This document shows positions 48,937-56,953 of a stretch of DNA of 64,000 nucleotides, piece by piece. The position numbers were made by a program, and so were the translations under genes. Source of the stretch: a virus. The notes under the pieces were generated by a model, which ran no database searches, was not told the origin of the DNA, and worked only from the letters and a program-made list of their open reading frames with translations. Numbering within the stretch: the stretch's first letter is position 1; each line of letters opens with the position of its first letter. Location of the stretch: the IMG/VR virus record IMGVR_UViG_3300002446_000060. The stretch is one strand, 5' to 3'.

Positions 48937-49323
48937 ATGAACATATTAGACTTCATCAATGCCTCAGTTTATAATCTTGGTCGAGTTGCTATTCAATTTA
49001 GAAATGAATATCATAAAAACTTAAAAACACCTTCTAATTCAGCATCGTGGTATGCTCTAAACTCTTTCCGCGATGGATGGTTTAGAGTAAATGATTCTTA
49101 CCAGATAACGTACACATTCGGACTCAAAATAAAAGAATTTGAAATTAGTGGAATTAATAAAACAATGTGGGGCAAGGGATATGCTATAAAAGCACAACTC
49201 ACATACGAAACTCCTGCCAATGTAATAGAAACAACTCCTGCATGGTTGTATGTTGAAGATGATGTTGATCTTAATGAAGTTGAAAAATACATTGAAGATA
49301 ATAAAAAGTTTTGGGTAGATTAA
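48937..49323 (+). CDS. Hypothetical early protein
   Basis: Own promoter and AAGGAG SD. Confidence 0.7.
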   Translation: MNILDFINASVYNLGRVAIQFRNEYHKNLKTPSNSASWYALNSFRDGWFRVNDSYQITYTFGLKIKEFEISGINKTMWGKGYAIKAQLTYETPANVIETTPAWLYVEDDVDLNEVEKYIEDNKKFWVD

Positions 49324-49360
49324 GAAAAGTATTCCATAAACAAAAATATAGGAGATTGAA

Positions 49361-50029
49361 ATGAAATTTGAAATAAGAACCATAAAAATAAAATACGACA
49401 AATACAATGCTGAGTTGTTTGATTCTAAACTTCCACCATCTAATCAAATAAATTTCGAATTTTTCAAATCTAAGAATGCTATTGCAATGATTAGATATCC
49501 AATTAGTTGGAATCGCGATGATGCAGTAACATTTAGATTGAATTCACTGGTAGAATTTGAAACAGAACAATCTTTAAATCATACAATCATTCATGAAATG
49601 ATACACGTTTCTCAGTTCTATAATAGAGCATCAGAAACTGGCCATGGCCGTGATTTTAAACGTATTGCTAATGAAATATATGGCAAGAGTCATGGTCTCT
49701 TTAATATCACTAGAGTTCACTATGGCGAAGTTGAAATGATTGCTAAACAAAAAACAAATTCAAATATAATTGAAGATTGTATTGTTGTAGTAACTGATAA
49801 CAACTCGTTTAGAGTATATAAAAATACATCTTTAGAACGAATTAAAAGTCAAATGTTGTTATTTTCGTGCAATCAAGAATATTTCAAATATTCAGGAACA
49901 TTATTTAATACATACAATTCAAGTAGATCAAACATTTGCACGTCTGTATCATTTCAAAAAAATGTAAATAATATTGTTGAAGAAATGAAGAAGACCGCCG
50001 AAGTTTTATTAAAAAGGACAATAATATGA
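49361..50029 (+). CDS. SprT-like zinc metalloprotease
   Basis: YDKYNAELF..LP, TIIHEMIH (HExxH) and HGRDFKR motifs. Confidence 0.82.
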   Translation: MKFEIRTIKIKYDKYNAELFDSKLPPSNQINFEFFKSKNAIAMIRYPISWNRDDAVTFRLNSLVEFETEQSLNHTIIHEMIHVSQFYNRASETGHGRDFKRIANEIYGKSHGLFNITRVHYGEVEMIAKQKTNSNIIEDCIVVVTDNNSFRVYKNTSLERIKSQMLLFSCNQEYFKYSGTLFNTYNSSRSNICTSVSFQKNVNNIVEEMKKTAEVLLKRTII

Positions 50030-50523
50030 AAGAGTTTAAAGAATATATCGGTGAATCAAATGAACTTGACATAACTGATAAAGATGACATGATCGAACTT
50101 CTAATGGATCTTGATGAACAATTAGAAACTCCATTAGAAGCAGAGTTAGTCAGTTTACTTGTTTCGCTAATTAAAATGGATAAATTGGAATCTGATAGTT
50201 TTGATTCAATTGTTGATGCTATTGATTCTATTATTGATTTTGAACACACGGATCTTGGTTATGATTATGATGAAAACTATGAAGATGATTATGATGAAGA
50301 TGAAGAAGATGAAGTGGATGAAGCGCAACGCGCTTTGTATAAAAGAGCTGGATATATTAAGTGTCCAGATGGTAGAATAAGAAAAAGAGGCAAATGCGGC
50401 AAACCTCTCGATAGAAAAAGATCGAGACAAATGGTTAAAGCACGAAAGAAATTTAAAAGATCATTTGCAAAAGGCCAGAGAAAAGCTCAAAAAACCAAAA
50501 GAAGACTAGGTATGGTAAAATGA
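50026..50523 (+). CDS. Prohead core protein, gp68-like
   Basis: Leader MKEFKEYIGE|S; acidic N-half and very basic C-half ending KTKRRLGM, like T4 gp68. Confidence 0.5.
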   Translation: MKEFKEYIGESNELDITDKDDMIELLMDLDEQLETPLEAELVSLLVSLIKMDKLESDSFDSIVDAIDSIIDFEHTDLGYDYDENYEDDYDEDEEDEVDEAQRALYKRAGYIKCPDGRIRKRGKCGKPLDRKRSRQMVKARKKFKRSFAKGQRKAQKTKRRLGMVK

Positions 50524-50993
50524 AAAAATGGAATAAAATAGTTCTCGAAGGCATTAACGATAAGCGAACAAAAATTGAGATTTTAGCCAACGGAAAAAAA
50601 CAGATCATTCCAATTCCCTTTGGTTATGCAACTGATAGTGGTGAATATGGCCACAGAGACTTAGAAAAAATCAGAAACTATTTAACATCGACCGATAAAT
50701 ATGGTACTGTTTATCAAGTGCGACTTATTCAAGAGGCTAAAAATCAGTATCTGATTCTTGTTTCTTGTACTGACTTTGGAGATCAAGATTCTTTTAAACG
50801 TTCAGTAGAGCGCCGAATTATTAATGCTATGCAAAAATTTCAATTTAGACCAATGCCATCGAAGCTTTCAATCGTTGATTCGAAGTTTGTATATAACAAT
50901 GGAACCAACAATTATACACTCATTTTTAAAGCTATTGGCGAAAAACCAGTTGCATGGAACAATGTTGAAAATATGAAAGTTGAGATTATATGA
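50520..50993 (+). CDS. Putative head-internal protein
   Basis: Leader MKKWNKIVLE|G. Confidence 0.5.
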   Translation: MKKWNKIVLEGINDKRTKIEILANGKKQIIPIPFGYATDSGEYGHRDLEKIRNYLTSTDKYGTVYQVRLIQEAKNQYLILVSCTDFGDQDSFKRSVERRIINAMQKFQFRPMPSKLSIVDSKFVYNNGTNNYTLIFKAIGEKPVAWNNVENMKVEII

Positions 50994-51451
50994 AAAATTT
51001 TATGAATTATATATTAGAATCTAAAATGAATACGAAAGACTATAATTTTTATCTCTTAAATAAGGCCGGAAATAAAATACGTTCAGGTTGGGAATATAAA
51101 GAAGATGCTCAGGATGCAAAAGCTGATGATCCTGAATCTGGAAAAATAGTTGCAAAATCTTTTCTAAAACAAATGGATATTGATCCGAATGATGATAAGG
51201 TTTGGTCAACTGTGAATGAAAGTAAAAGTATCGTTAAAGAAGATCTTCATAAAAATTTTGGTGATAAGAATAAAAAGATGGATGAGTTGAAAAAATTTGA
51301 TACTCTTCTTGTTCAATCATTGAGACAATTAGCTGGTGTTGCTATGTGGGCTGAAGAAGAACAAAAGAAGCTGATTGCAGATATTCAGAAAGATCTTAGA
51401 GCAATTCAAAAGAAATCTGATACATTGTTTCTGGATGTTCTTGATAAATAA
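50990..51451 (+). CDS. Putative head-internal protein
   Basis: Leader MKNFMNYILE|S; second VNE|S site. Confidence 0.5.
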   Translation: MKNFMNYILESKMNTKDYNFYLLNKAGNKIRSGWEYKEDAQDAKADDPESGKIVAKSFLKQMDIDPNDDKVWSTVNESKSIVKEDLHKNFGDKNKKMDELKKFDTLLVQSLRQLAGVAMWAEEEQKKLIADIQKDLRAIQKKSDTLFLDVLDK

Positions 51452-51469
51452 CTGAGCGGTAAAAATAAA

Positions 51470-51829
51470 ATGAAAACATTTAATGAATATCTAAATATTG
51501 TTTGCGAGAATGAAGATAAAGAACTTGATAAAATAATCAATAGTCGTTTATCAGCTAGTTCTCAACAAATGAGAAAAAAACTGAAATCTGAATTGAAAAA
51601 ACTTATAGCTGGTGCAAGTAGCAATCTAGGTAAGTGGATTGAAGAAAAACAATCGGGCATCAAAGAATTTCTTCCTGAGTATTGGGAAGCTGCTTTAGCT
51701 GCATTGATATATCATCCAGAATCTGATTACGAACCACATCAAAAAATAAGAATGTATCATGCTATTGGTTCTTCATTCCATGAAAATATGAGAGATCCTC
51801 GAATGAAATACGATCCAGATGAAGATTAA
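51470..51829 (+). CDS. Putative head-internal protein (paralog of 52283)
   Basis: Leader MKTFNEYLNIVCE|N; shares KKL..E..KL..G..S.LGKW..E..GIK..PE with 52283. Confidence 0.5.
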   Translation: MKTFNEYLNIVCENEDKELDKIINSRLSASSQQMRKKLKSELKKLIAGASSNLGKWIEEKQSGIKEFLPEYWEAALAALIYHPESDYEPHQKIRMYHAIGSSFHENMRDPRMKYDPDED

Positions 51830-52286
51830 ATACCTTCGTTCAAATATAGTATTTCAAGAGATACCGGGTGAAATATCACTATCTTTTGAAATTACAAATT
51901 GTCCTTATTGCTGTCATAATTGTCATTCGCCTGAATTGCAAGAAGATATTGGTATTGAGTTAACTGTAGATGTTTTGCGATATTATATCGAAAAAAATAA
52001 AATAAATAATAAAATGTTAATTTCTTGTGTATTATTTATGGGAGGTGATCAGCATCCTGAATTATTAGACTTAATAAAAGTAGTCAAAGAATACAATTTG
52101 AAGACTGCTCTCTACACTGGAAGCGATGATGTTGATATAATACTCAAAAATCAATTAGATTATCTTAAAACGGGTCCATACATTAAAGAATTTGGCGATT
52201 TGAGATCTAAGAACACTAATCAAAGATTGTATAAAATAGTTGGTGGTATAGAAGTTTCTAGAATTGAGTTAGGAGATTTAACATGA
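51819..52286 (+). CDS. nrdG: Anaerobic RNR activating enzyme (radical SAM)
   Basis: FQEIPGEISL, CPYCCHNC (CxxxCxxC), FMGGD and YLKTGPY..NTNQRLY. Confidence 0.92.
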   Translation: MKIKYLRSNIVFQEIPGEISLSFEITNCPYCCHNCHSPELQEDIGIELTVDVLRYYIEKNKINNKMLISCVLFMGGDQHPELLDLIKVVKEYNLKTALYTGSDDVDIILKNQLDYLKTGPYIKEFGDLRSKNTNQRLYKIVGGIEVSRIELGDLT

Positions 52287-52591
52287 ATTGGAATGAACTA
52301 ATAATAGAACGGAAAGAAGATATCGATGAAGAAATGGTTAATCGACATCTAAATTCTAATGAAGTTGAAATTCAAAAGAAATTAAGAAAAGAATATCAAA
52401 AACTTTTATTAGGAGTCAACTCAGAATTGGGTAAATGGCTAGTTGAAAATGAAACTGGCATTAAGTATTATATGCCAGAAATTTATACAAATGCTTTTTA
52501 TGCCTTGACTCAAGTTAATACATCAATTAAAAATGTAAAGGTATTTAATGAAATTGGAAGTTTGTATAAAAAATATTTGTATTCAAAATAA
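52283..52591 (+). CDS. Putative head-internal protein (paralog of 51470)
   Basis: Leader MNWNELIIE|R; see 51470. Confidence 0.5.
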   Translation: MNWNELIIERKEDIDEEMVNRHLNSNEVEIQKKLRKEYQKLLLGVNSELGKWLVENETGIKYYMPEIYTNAFYALTQVNTSIKNVKVFNEIGSLYKKYLYSK

Positions 52592-52605
52592 CAATAAAAT
52601 TGTTT

Positions 52606-52641
52606 AAAAATACTCTAAGATTAAGTTCTTAGAGTATTTTT
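52606..52641 (+). terminator. Intrinsic terminator
   Basis: aaaaatactctaaga / tcttagagtattttt 15-bp stem including the T-run. Confidence 0.7.
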
Positions 52642-52703
52642 TATTAAAAAAACATCAATAATAGTAATATAAATTTATCTTAATTTATGAAAGGTTTTAC
52701 TAT

Positions 52704-53384
52704 ATGAAACTAAGCAAAAAAACTCTATCTATTCTCAAATCATTTTCTTCAATTAATCCAGTTATTTATTTCGGTGATCCAAAAGCAATTAAAGTCGTAA
52801 GTCCAGATGGCGGTGTAATTGGTTGTTATCAAGCTGATGAATCTATTAACAGAGAATGTTCATTTTGGGAAACCCCAAAACTTCTAGCAACAATTGATTC
52901 TATGGGTGGAGAAGAAGCCGAATTAGATTTTAATGATAAGTTTGTTAAAATCGTTTCTAATGATAAATCATCTCTTAAATACTTTTACACACCAGAAGCA
53001 ATGATTTTATCCTCAAACCCTAAACCAAAATCGTACGAAGCATATTGCAAAGCCATGGAAATGAATGTTGAATTTGAATTGCCAGTCGAGATGTTTAATA
53101 AGATTATGAAATTGTCTCAAGTAATGCAATTGAATAATCTTAAAATTGAATTTGAAAATGATAAAGGCAAAATCTTCCTTCTTGATGATACGAACAAAGT
53201 ATCTCACAACTTTGAATATGATATAAATGGTAAAGGAACAGGTTCTATCACACTTTACATTTCATCATTGAATATTATTCCTGGAACATACAACATTGTG
53301 ATTAAATCGGGTCTATTTTCCAAATTCATCAATAAAGATATTCCATTATTCTATATTGTTGCTGGCAAAAAGGAACAGAAATAA
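52704..53384 (+). CDS. gp45: Sliding clamp (gp45-like)
   Basis: MKLSKKTLSILKSFSSINP, LKYFYT and LNIIPGTYNIVI motifs. Confidence 0.92.
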   Translation: MKLSKKTLSILKSFSSINPVIYFGDPKAIKVVSPDGGVIGCYQADESINRECSFWETPKLLATIDSMGGEEAELDFNDKFVKIVSNDKSSLKYFYTPEAMILSSNPKPKSYEAYCKAMEMNVEFELPVEMFNKIMKLSQVMQLNNLKIEFENDKGKIFLLDDTNKVSHNFEYDINGKGTGSITLYISSLNIIPGTYNIVIKSGLFSKFINKDIPLFYIVAGKKEQK

Positions 53385-53386
53385 TT

Positions 53387-54325
53387 ATGAATTTAATTGA
53401 TATTCAAAGAACGTCTAATGACTGGGGAATGAAATATCGTCCAAATAAATTTGAAGATATTATTTTGCCAGAAAGATATACCAATCAATTTAAAAAAGTA
53501 ATAGCTCAAAAAGCTATGTGTAATTACATTTTTTCTGGTGAACCTGGGTGTGGCAAGACATCATTGGCAATGATACTAAGCAAAGAATTAGAATATGATA
53601 CGCTCTATCTAAACCTATCCAACGACACTGGTGTTGATGTATTAAGAAATGATATAAAATCATTTGGCATGACAGTATCATTAAATGGTGATAGAAAACT
53701 CGTAATTGCTGATGAATGTGATAGAGCTTCTCCTCAATTGAAAGATGCTTTAAAAGCTGAAATAGAAGCTATGTCAGAGAATGTTAGTTTTATCTTTATA
53801 ACTAATCATATCAATGTCATTCCAGCTCCTCTTCTTTCAAGACTTCAAAAAATTGATTTCACATTTACGCCAGATGAAATTAAAACACTAAAAACGTCTA
53901 TCTATAAACGAACTGTAGAAATTCTAAACCTGAATAAAGTTGAATATGAAAAAGAAGCAATTCAATTTGTTGTTAATAAAATCTTTCCAGATTTTAGAAA
54001 GATATTGAACCAACTTCAGTGCTTATCATTTCAAGGAGCAATCACAAAAGATGTTGTCGAAACATCAATATCCGTAAATATGAAAGATTATTTTGACATA
54101 CTTAAAAGAAAAAAGTATAAAGACCTAAGACAATACATTGCAAATCTTTCACTGAATCCACAGTATTTTTATTCAGAAATATTTAAAGATATTGACACTT
54201 ATTTTGAAAAGGATAAACTGGCGCAGGCTATTTTAATTTTATCGAGATATAGTTATGAATCAGCTTTTGTTATAGATCATGAATTAAATTTGTGTGCTTG
54301 CTCAATGGAATTGATGCTAATTTGA
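53387..54325 (+). CDS. gp44: Clamp loader large subunit (gp44-like)
   Basis: KYRP..FEDIILP, GEPGCGKTS, ADECD, FIFITN and FPDFRK motifs. Confidence 0.95.
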   Translation: MNLIDIQRTSNDWGMKYRPNKFEDIILPERYTNQFKKVIAQKAMCNYIFSGEPGCGKTSLAMILSKELEYDTLYLNLSNDTGVDVLRNDIKSFGMTVSLNGDRKLVIADECDRASPQLKDALKAEIEAMSENVSFIFITNHINVIPAPLLSRLQKIDFTFTPDEIKTLKTSIYKRTVEILNLNKVEYEKEAIQFVVNKIFPDFRKILNQLQCLSFQGAITKDVVETSISVNMKDYFDILKRKKYKDLRQYIANLSLNPQYFYSEIFKDIDTYFEKDKLAQAILILSRYSYESAFVIDHELNLCACSMELMLI

Positions 54326-54333
54326 AATTATAC

Positions 54334-54363
54334 AAAGAGGGCTTAAATATTTAAGCCCTCTTT
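54334..54363 (+). terminator. Hairpin between gp44 and gp62
   Basis: aaagagggcttaaa / tttaagccctcttt followed by T. Confidence 0.6.
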
Positions 54364-54377
54364 TAAAAGGAATTAAT

Positions 54378-54776
54378 GTGGATATTTTTACAATTCTCAA
54401 AGATATTAATATTGGAAAATCATTTAACTTGCACAATGATGCTGACTTCAATAAACAATATAATCCTTTTATGATCAATCGTTATTTGTCTATGAACCCC
54501 GAAACAGTATTAGAAGCCAATTGCATGAATAAATATAGTCAGAATAGTAAATCGGTGCAATATTTATTTTATTCTAGTATAATTGAAAAGAAAGATAGAT
54601 TTTTGAAATATCTCAAGTCCGAATCATCAAAAGAAGATAAAGATTTGATAAAATATATTCAAAAGCTTTATCAAGTAAATAAAATAGTTGCAGAGGATAT
54701 TGTTAAAACAATTCCTCAAGAAGAAAAAGACTTAATTATTGAAATGTTTGAGCAAAAAACAATAAGGAAAAGATAA
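54378..54776 (+). CDS. gp62: Clamp loader small subunit (gp62-like)
   Basis: IFTILKDIN, YNPFMINRYLS, EANCMN and QYLFY motifs. Confidence 0.88.
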   Translation: MDIFTILKDINIGKSFNLHNDADFNKQYNPFMINRYLSMNPETVLEANCMNKYSQNSKSVQYLFYSSIIEKKDRFLKYLKSESSKEDKDLIKYIQKLYQVNKIVAEDIVKTIPQEEKDLIIEMFEQKTIRKR

Positions 54777-54777
54777 T

Positions 54778-55119
54778 ATGAAAAAATGGAATAATATCGT
54801 ATTAGAAAATAATGGTAACGTATCATTTAGCATAAAAAATGATACAGGAAGCTCTTTTTATAAGCACCTAGAACCAATACAACAGAGAGAATTGTTGAAA
54901 AAATTAAAATCATCTAATGATGCTAATATTAAAAAATTTATTGACGAATTGAAAGCTGAAGATGGATATACACCATCAATAACTGTAAACTATAATAATT
55001 TTTCATTTGGAATGTATGGCGTTGATGGTGTCATTAGTTTATCCAAAGGTGGTCCATATCCAAGCGGAGCCAAATTGGATAATTTGTTAGATATTGATGA
55101 ATTCATTTCAGCTATTTAA
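54778..55119 (+). CDS. Putative head-internal protein (paralog of 55759)
   Basis: Leader MKKWNNIVLE|N; shares DGYT.SI.V.YNN..FGMYG.DGV and LDIDEFI with 55759. Confidence 0.5.
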   Translation: MKKWNNIVLENNGNVSFSIKNDTGSSFYKHLEPIQQRELLKKLKSSNDANIKKFIDELKAEDGYTPSITVNYNNFSFGMYGVDGVISLSKGGPYPSGAKLDNLLDIDEFISAI

Positions 55120-55123
55120 TACA

Positions 55124-55176
55124 AAAATTCATCCTAAGTAAATAATTATAAAATCATTTTACTTAGGATGAATTTT
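55124..55176 (+). promoter_or_regulatory. 19-bp perfect hairpin covering the regA RBS
   Basis: aaaattcatcctaagtaaa / tttacttaggatgaatttt; AGGA in right arm, TATAAAAT in the loop. Confidence 0.6.
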
Positions 55177-55536
55177 ATGATAAAAATAAAAATTTGCAAA
55201 GATGAAGCTATTATTATTGAAACATTAGAGAGACTTGGTATTGGTAATCGCCAAATGAAGACTATGTATCCAAGTGTTTATTTAAAACGAACTATAAATG
55301 GATATGCATTATTTCATTTTAAAGAATTGATGGAATCAGATGGTTTAACAGTTAATATAACAGAAGAAGATATTAACAGAAGAAATAGTATCATAAAGCT
55401 TTTAGAAAAATGGAATTTGATTAAAATTGATGATGAATCATTTCCGAAAGAATTTGAAACTGTTTTTGTATATGTATTGTCATATGTTGAGAAGGTTGAA
55501 TGGAAAATAAGTCATAAGTATAGAAAAAAATTTTAA
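55177..55536 (+). CDS. regA: Translational repressor RegA
   Basis: ETLERLGIGN..MYPS..HFKELMESDG..TEEDINRRNSI..LLEKWNLI; start 55177 (MIKI) aligns with T4 MIEI and has AGGA at 8 nt. Confidence 0.9.
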   Translation: MIKIKICKDEAIIIETLERLGIGNRQMKTMYPSVYLKRTINGYALFHFKELMESDGLTVNITEEDINRRNSIIKLLEKWNLIKIDDESFPKEFETVFVYVLSYVEKVEWKISHKYRKKF

Positions 55537-55550
55537 GGTGGTAGAATAAT

Positions 55551-55748
55551 ATGAAAAAGTTTTCAGAATATGTTGGAGAAAATGTTATAGACAATGGTCA
55601 ATATAGAATATCAATTAAAGATGGCTCTGATATTATAACATTTGTTAATGATAACGGCGAAATTTTTATTAAATTTAATCGCGAGCCAATTCAATTAAAT
55701 GCAGCGGATAGTCAAAAACTTATTAGTTGGTTTGTAAATCAATCGTAA
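55551..55748 (+). CDS. Putative head-internal protein
   Basis: Leader MKKFSEYVGE|N. Confidence 0.5.
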   Translation: MKKFSEYVGENVIDNGQYRISIKDGSDIITFVNDNGEIFIKFNREPIQLNAADSQKLISWFVNQS

Positions 55749-55758
55749 GGACATAAAT

Positions 55759-56097
55759 ATGAAATGGAATAAACTAGTATTAGAAGAAGCTAATAAAATA
55801 TCTTTTTATAAACATCCTAGAGGTAAATCTGGTGTATATAAAAATTTGACTGCTGCTCAGACTGATAAATTAGTTAAAAATTTAGAAGATTGGCGAGATA
55901 CTGAAATAAGCAAGTTTTTGATGGAATTAGAAACTAGTGATGATTATACCAGAACTATCGGAGTAAGATTTAATAATGTAGCATTTGGTATTTATGGACG
56001 AGATGGTATAGTTAGAATTGCTACGGGTGATATGTATTCGACAGCAAAAGTATTAAATCAATATTTGAATATCGATGAGTTTATTAATTCACTATAA
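55759..56097 (+). CDS. Putative head-internal protein (paralog of 54778)
   Basis: Leader MKWNKLVLE|E. Confidence 0.5.
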   Translation: MKWNKLVLEEANKISFYKHPRGKSGVYKNLTAAQTDKLVKNLEDWRDTEISKFLMELETSDDYTRTIGVRFNNVAFGIYGRDGIVRIATGDMYSTAKVLNQYLNIDEFINSL

Positions 56098-56107
56098 GGA
56101 CATAAAT

Positions 56108-56386
56108 ATGAAATGGCATCAAATATTAATGGAAGAAAATTTTTCAATAAAAGAAAAGAAAAATAATTGGATTTTCGGAAATATTGATAAATATCGTTTT
56201 GAAGCAGAGTACACTAATCAGCCTTCGTCAATGGGTATTAACGATGGAAGAATAAGTAAATTATTTTTATTTGATAATAAAACACTAATTGCTTCTTATG
56301 AACGCGGATATGATGAAGAAATAGATAAATCAATAATCAAAACATGGAACAAATTAATAGAATATTTGGAAAAAGAATTAGAATAA
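56108..56386 (+). CDS. Putative head-internal protein
   Basis: ATG 56108 (SD AAGGA) preferred over track start 56075; leader MKWHQILME|E; GINDGRISKL..YERGYD core. Confidence 0.55.
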   Translation: MKWHQILMEENFSIKEKKNNWIFGNIDKYRFEAEYTNQPSSMGINDGRISKLFLFDNKTLIASYERGYDEEIDKSIIKTWNKLIEYLEKELE

Positions 56387-56400
56387 TATAATTAAAAAAG

Positions 56401-56435
56401 AAAAGATTAGTATATTTTATCTATACTAATCTTTT
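56401..56435 (+). terminator. Intrinsic terminator
   Basis: aaaagattagtata / tatactaatctttt followed by TT. Confidence 0.7.
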
Positions 56436-56455
56436 TTCATGAAAGGTCATTTATA

Positions 56456-56953
56456 ATGAATTTTGAATTCGCTAAAGTAAGAGAAGTAAAGTCACCATTA
56501 CGTGGAACCGAAAAATCTGTTGGCATTGATTTTTTTGTTCCGGAATTTGATGAAAAATTTGTTAGAGATTTAAAAGAAAAGAACCCAAATATTAGTATTA
56601 TTGATGAAAAAATTATTCAAATTATGCCTCAAGAGCATGTTCTTATTCCATCTGGCATAAAAGTAAAACTTCCATCAAACTATTTTCTTAATGCTTTTAA
56701 TAAATCAGGGGTTAGTTCAAAGAAGCAATTAATTAAAATGGCTGAAACTGTTGATGAAGATTATCAAGGTGAAGTTCACATTTCTATTCTTAATGCTGGA
56801 CGAAAAATTCAGACTATTACAGAACATGAAAAGCTTATTCAATTTATTCTTCTTCCAGCATTATATGCTAATATTATTGAAAAAGATCAAGATAGTATTT
56901 ATACCAATATAACCAAACGAGGAGATGGCGGTTTTGGATCAACAAATAAATAA
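56456..56953 (+). CDS. dut: Trimeric dUTPase
   Basis: GIDFF, NKSG, VDEDYQGE and RGDGGFGST motifs. Confidence 0.92.
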   Translation: MNFEFAKVREVKSPLRGTEKSVGIDFFVPEFDEKFVRDLKEKNPNISIIDEKIIQIMPQEHVLIPSGIKVKLPSNYFLNAFNKSGVSSKKQLIKMAETVDEDYQGEVHISILNAGRKIQTITEHEKLIQFILLPALYANIIEKDQDSIYTNITKRGDGGFGSTNK

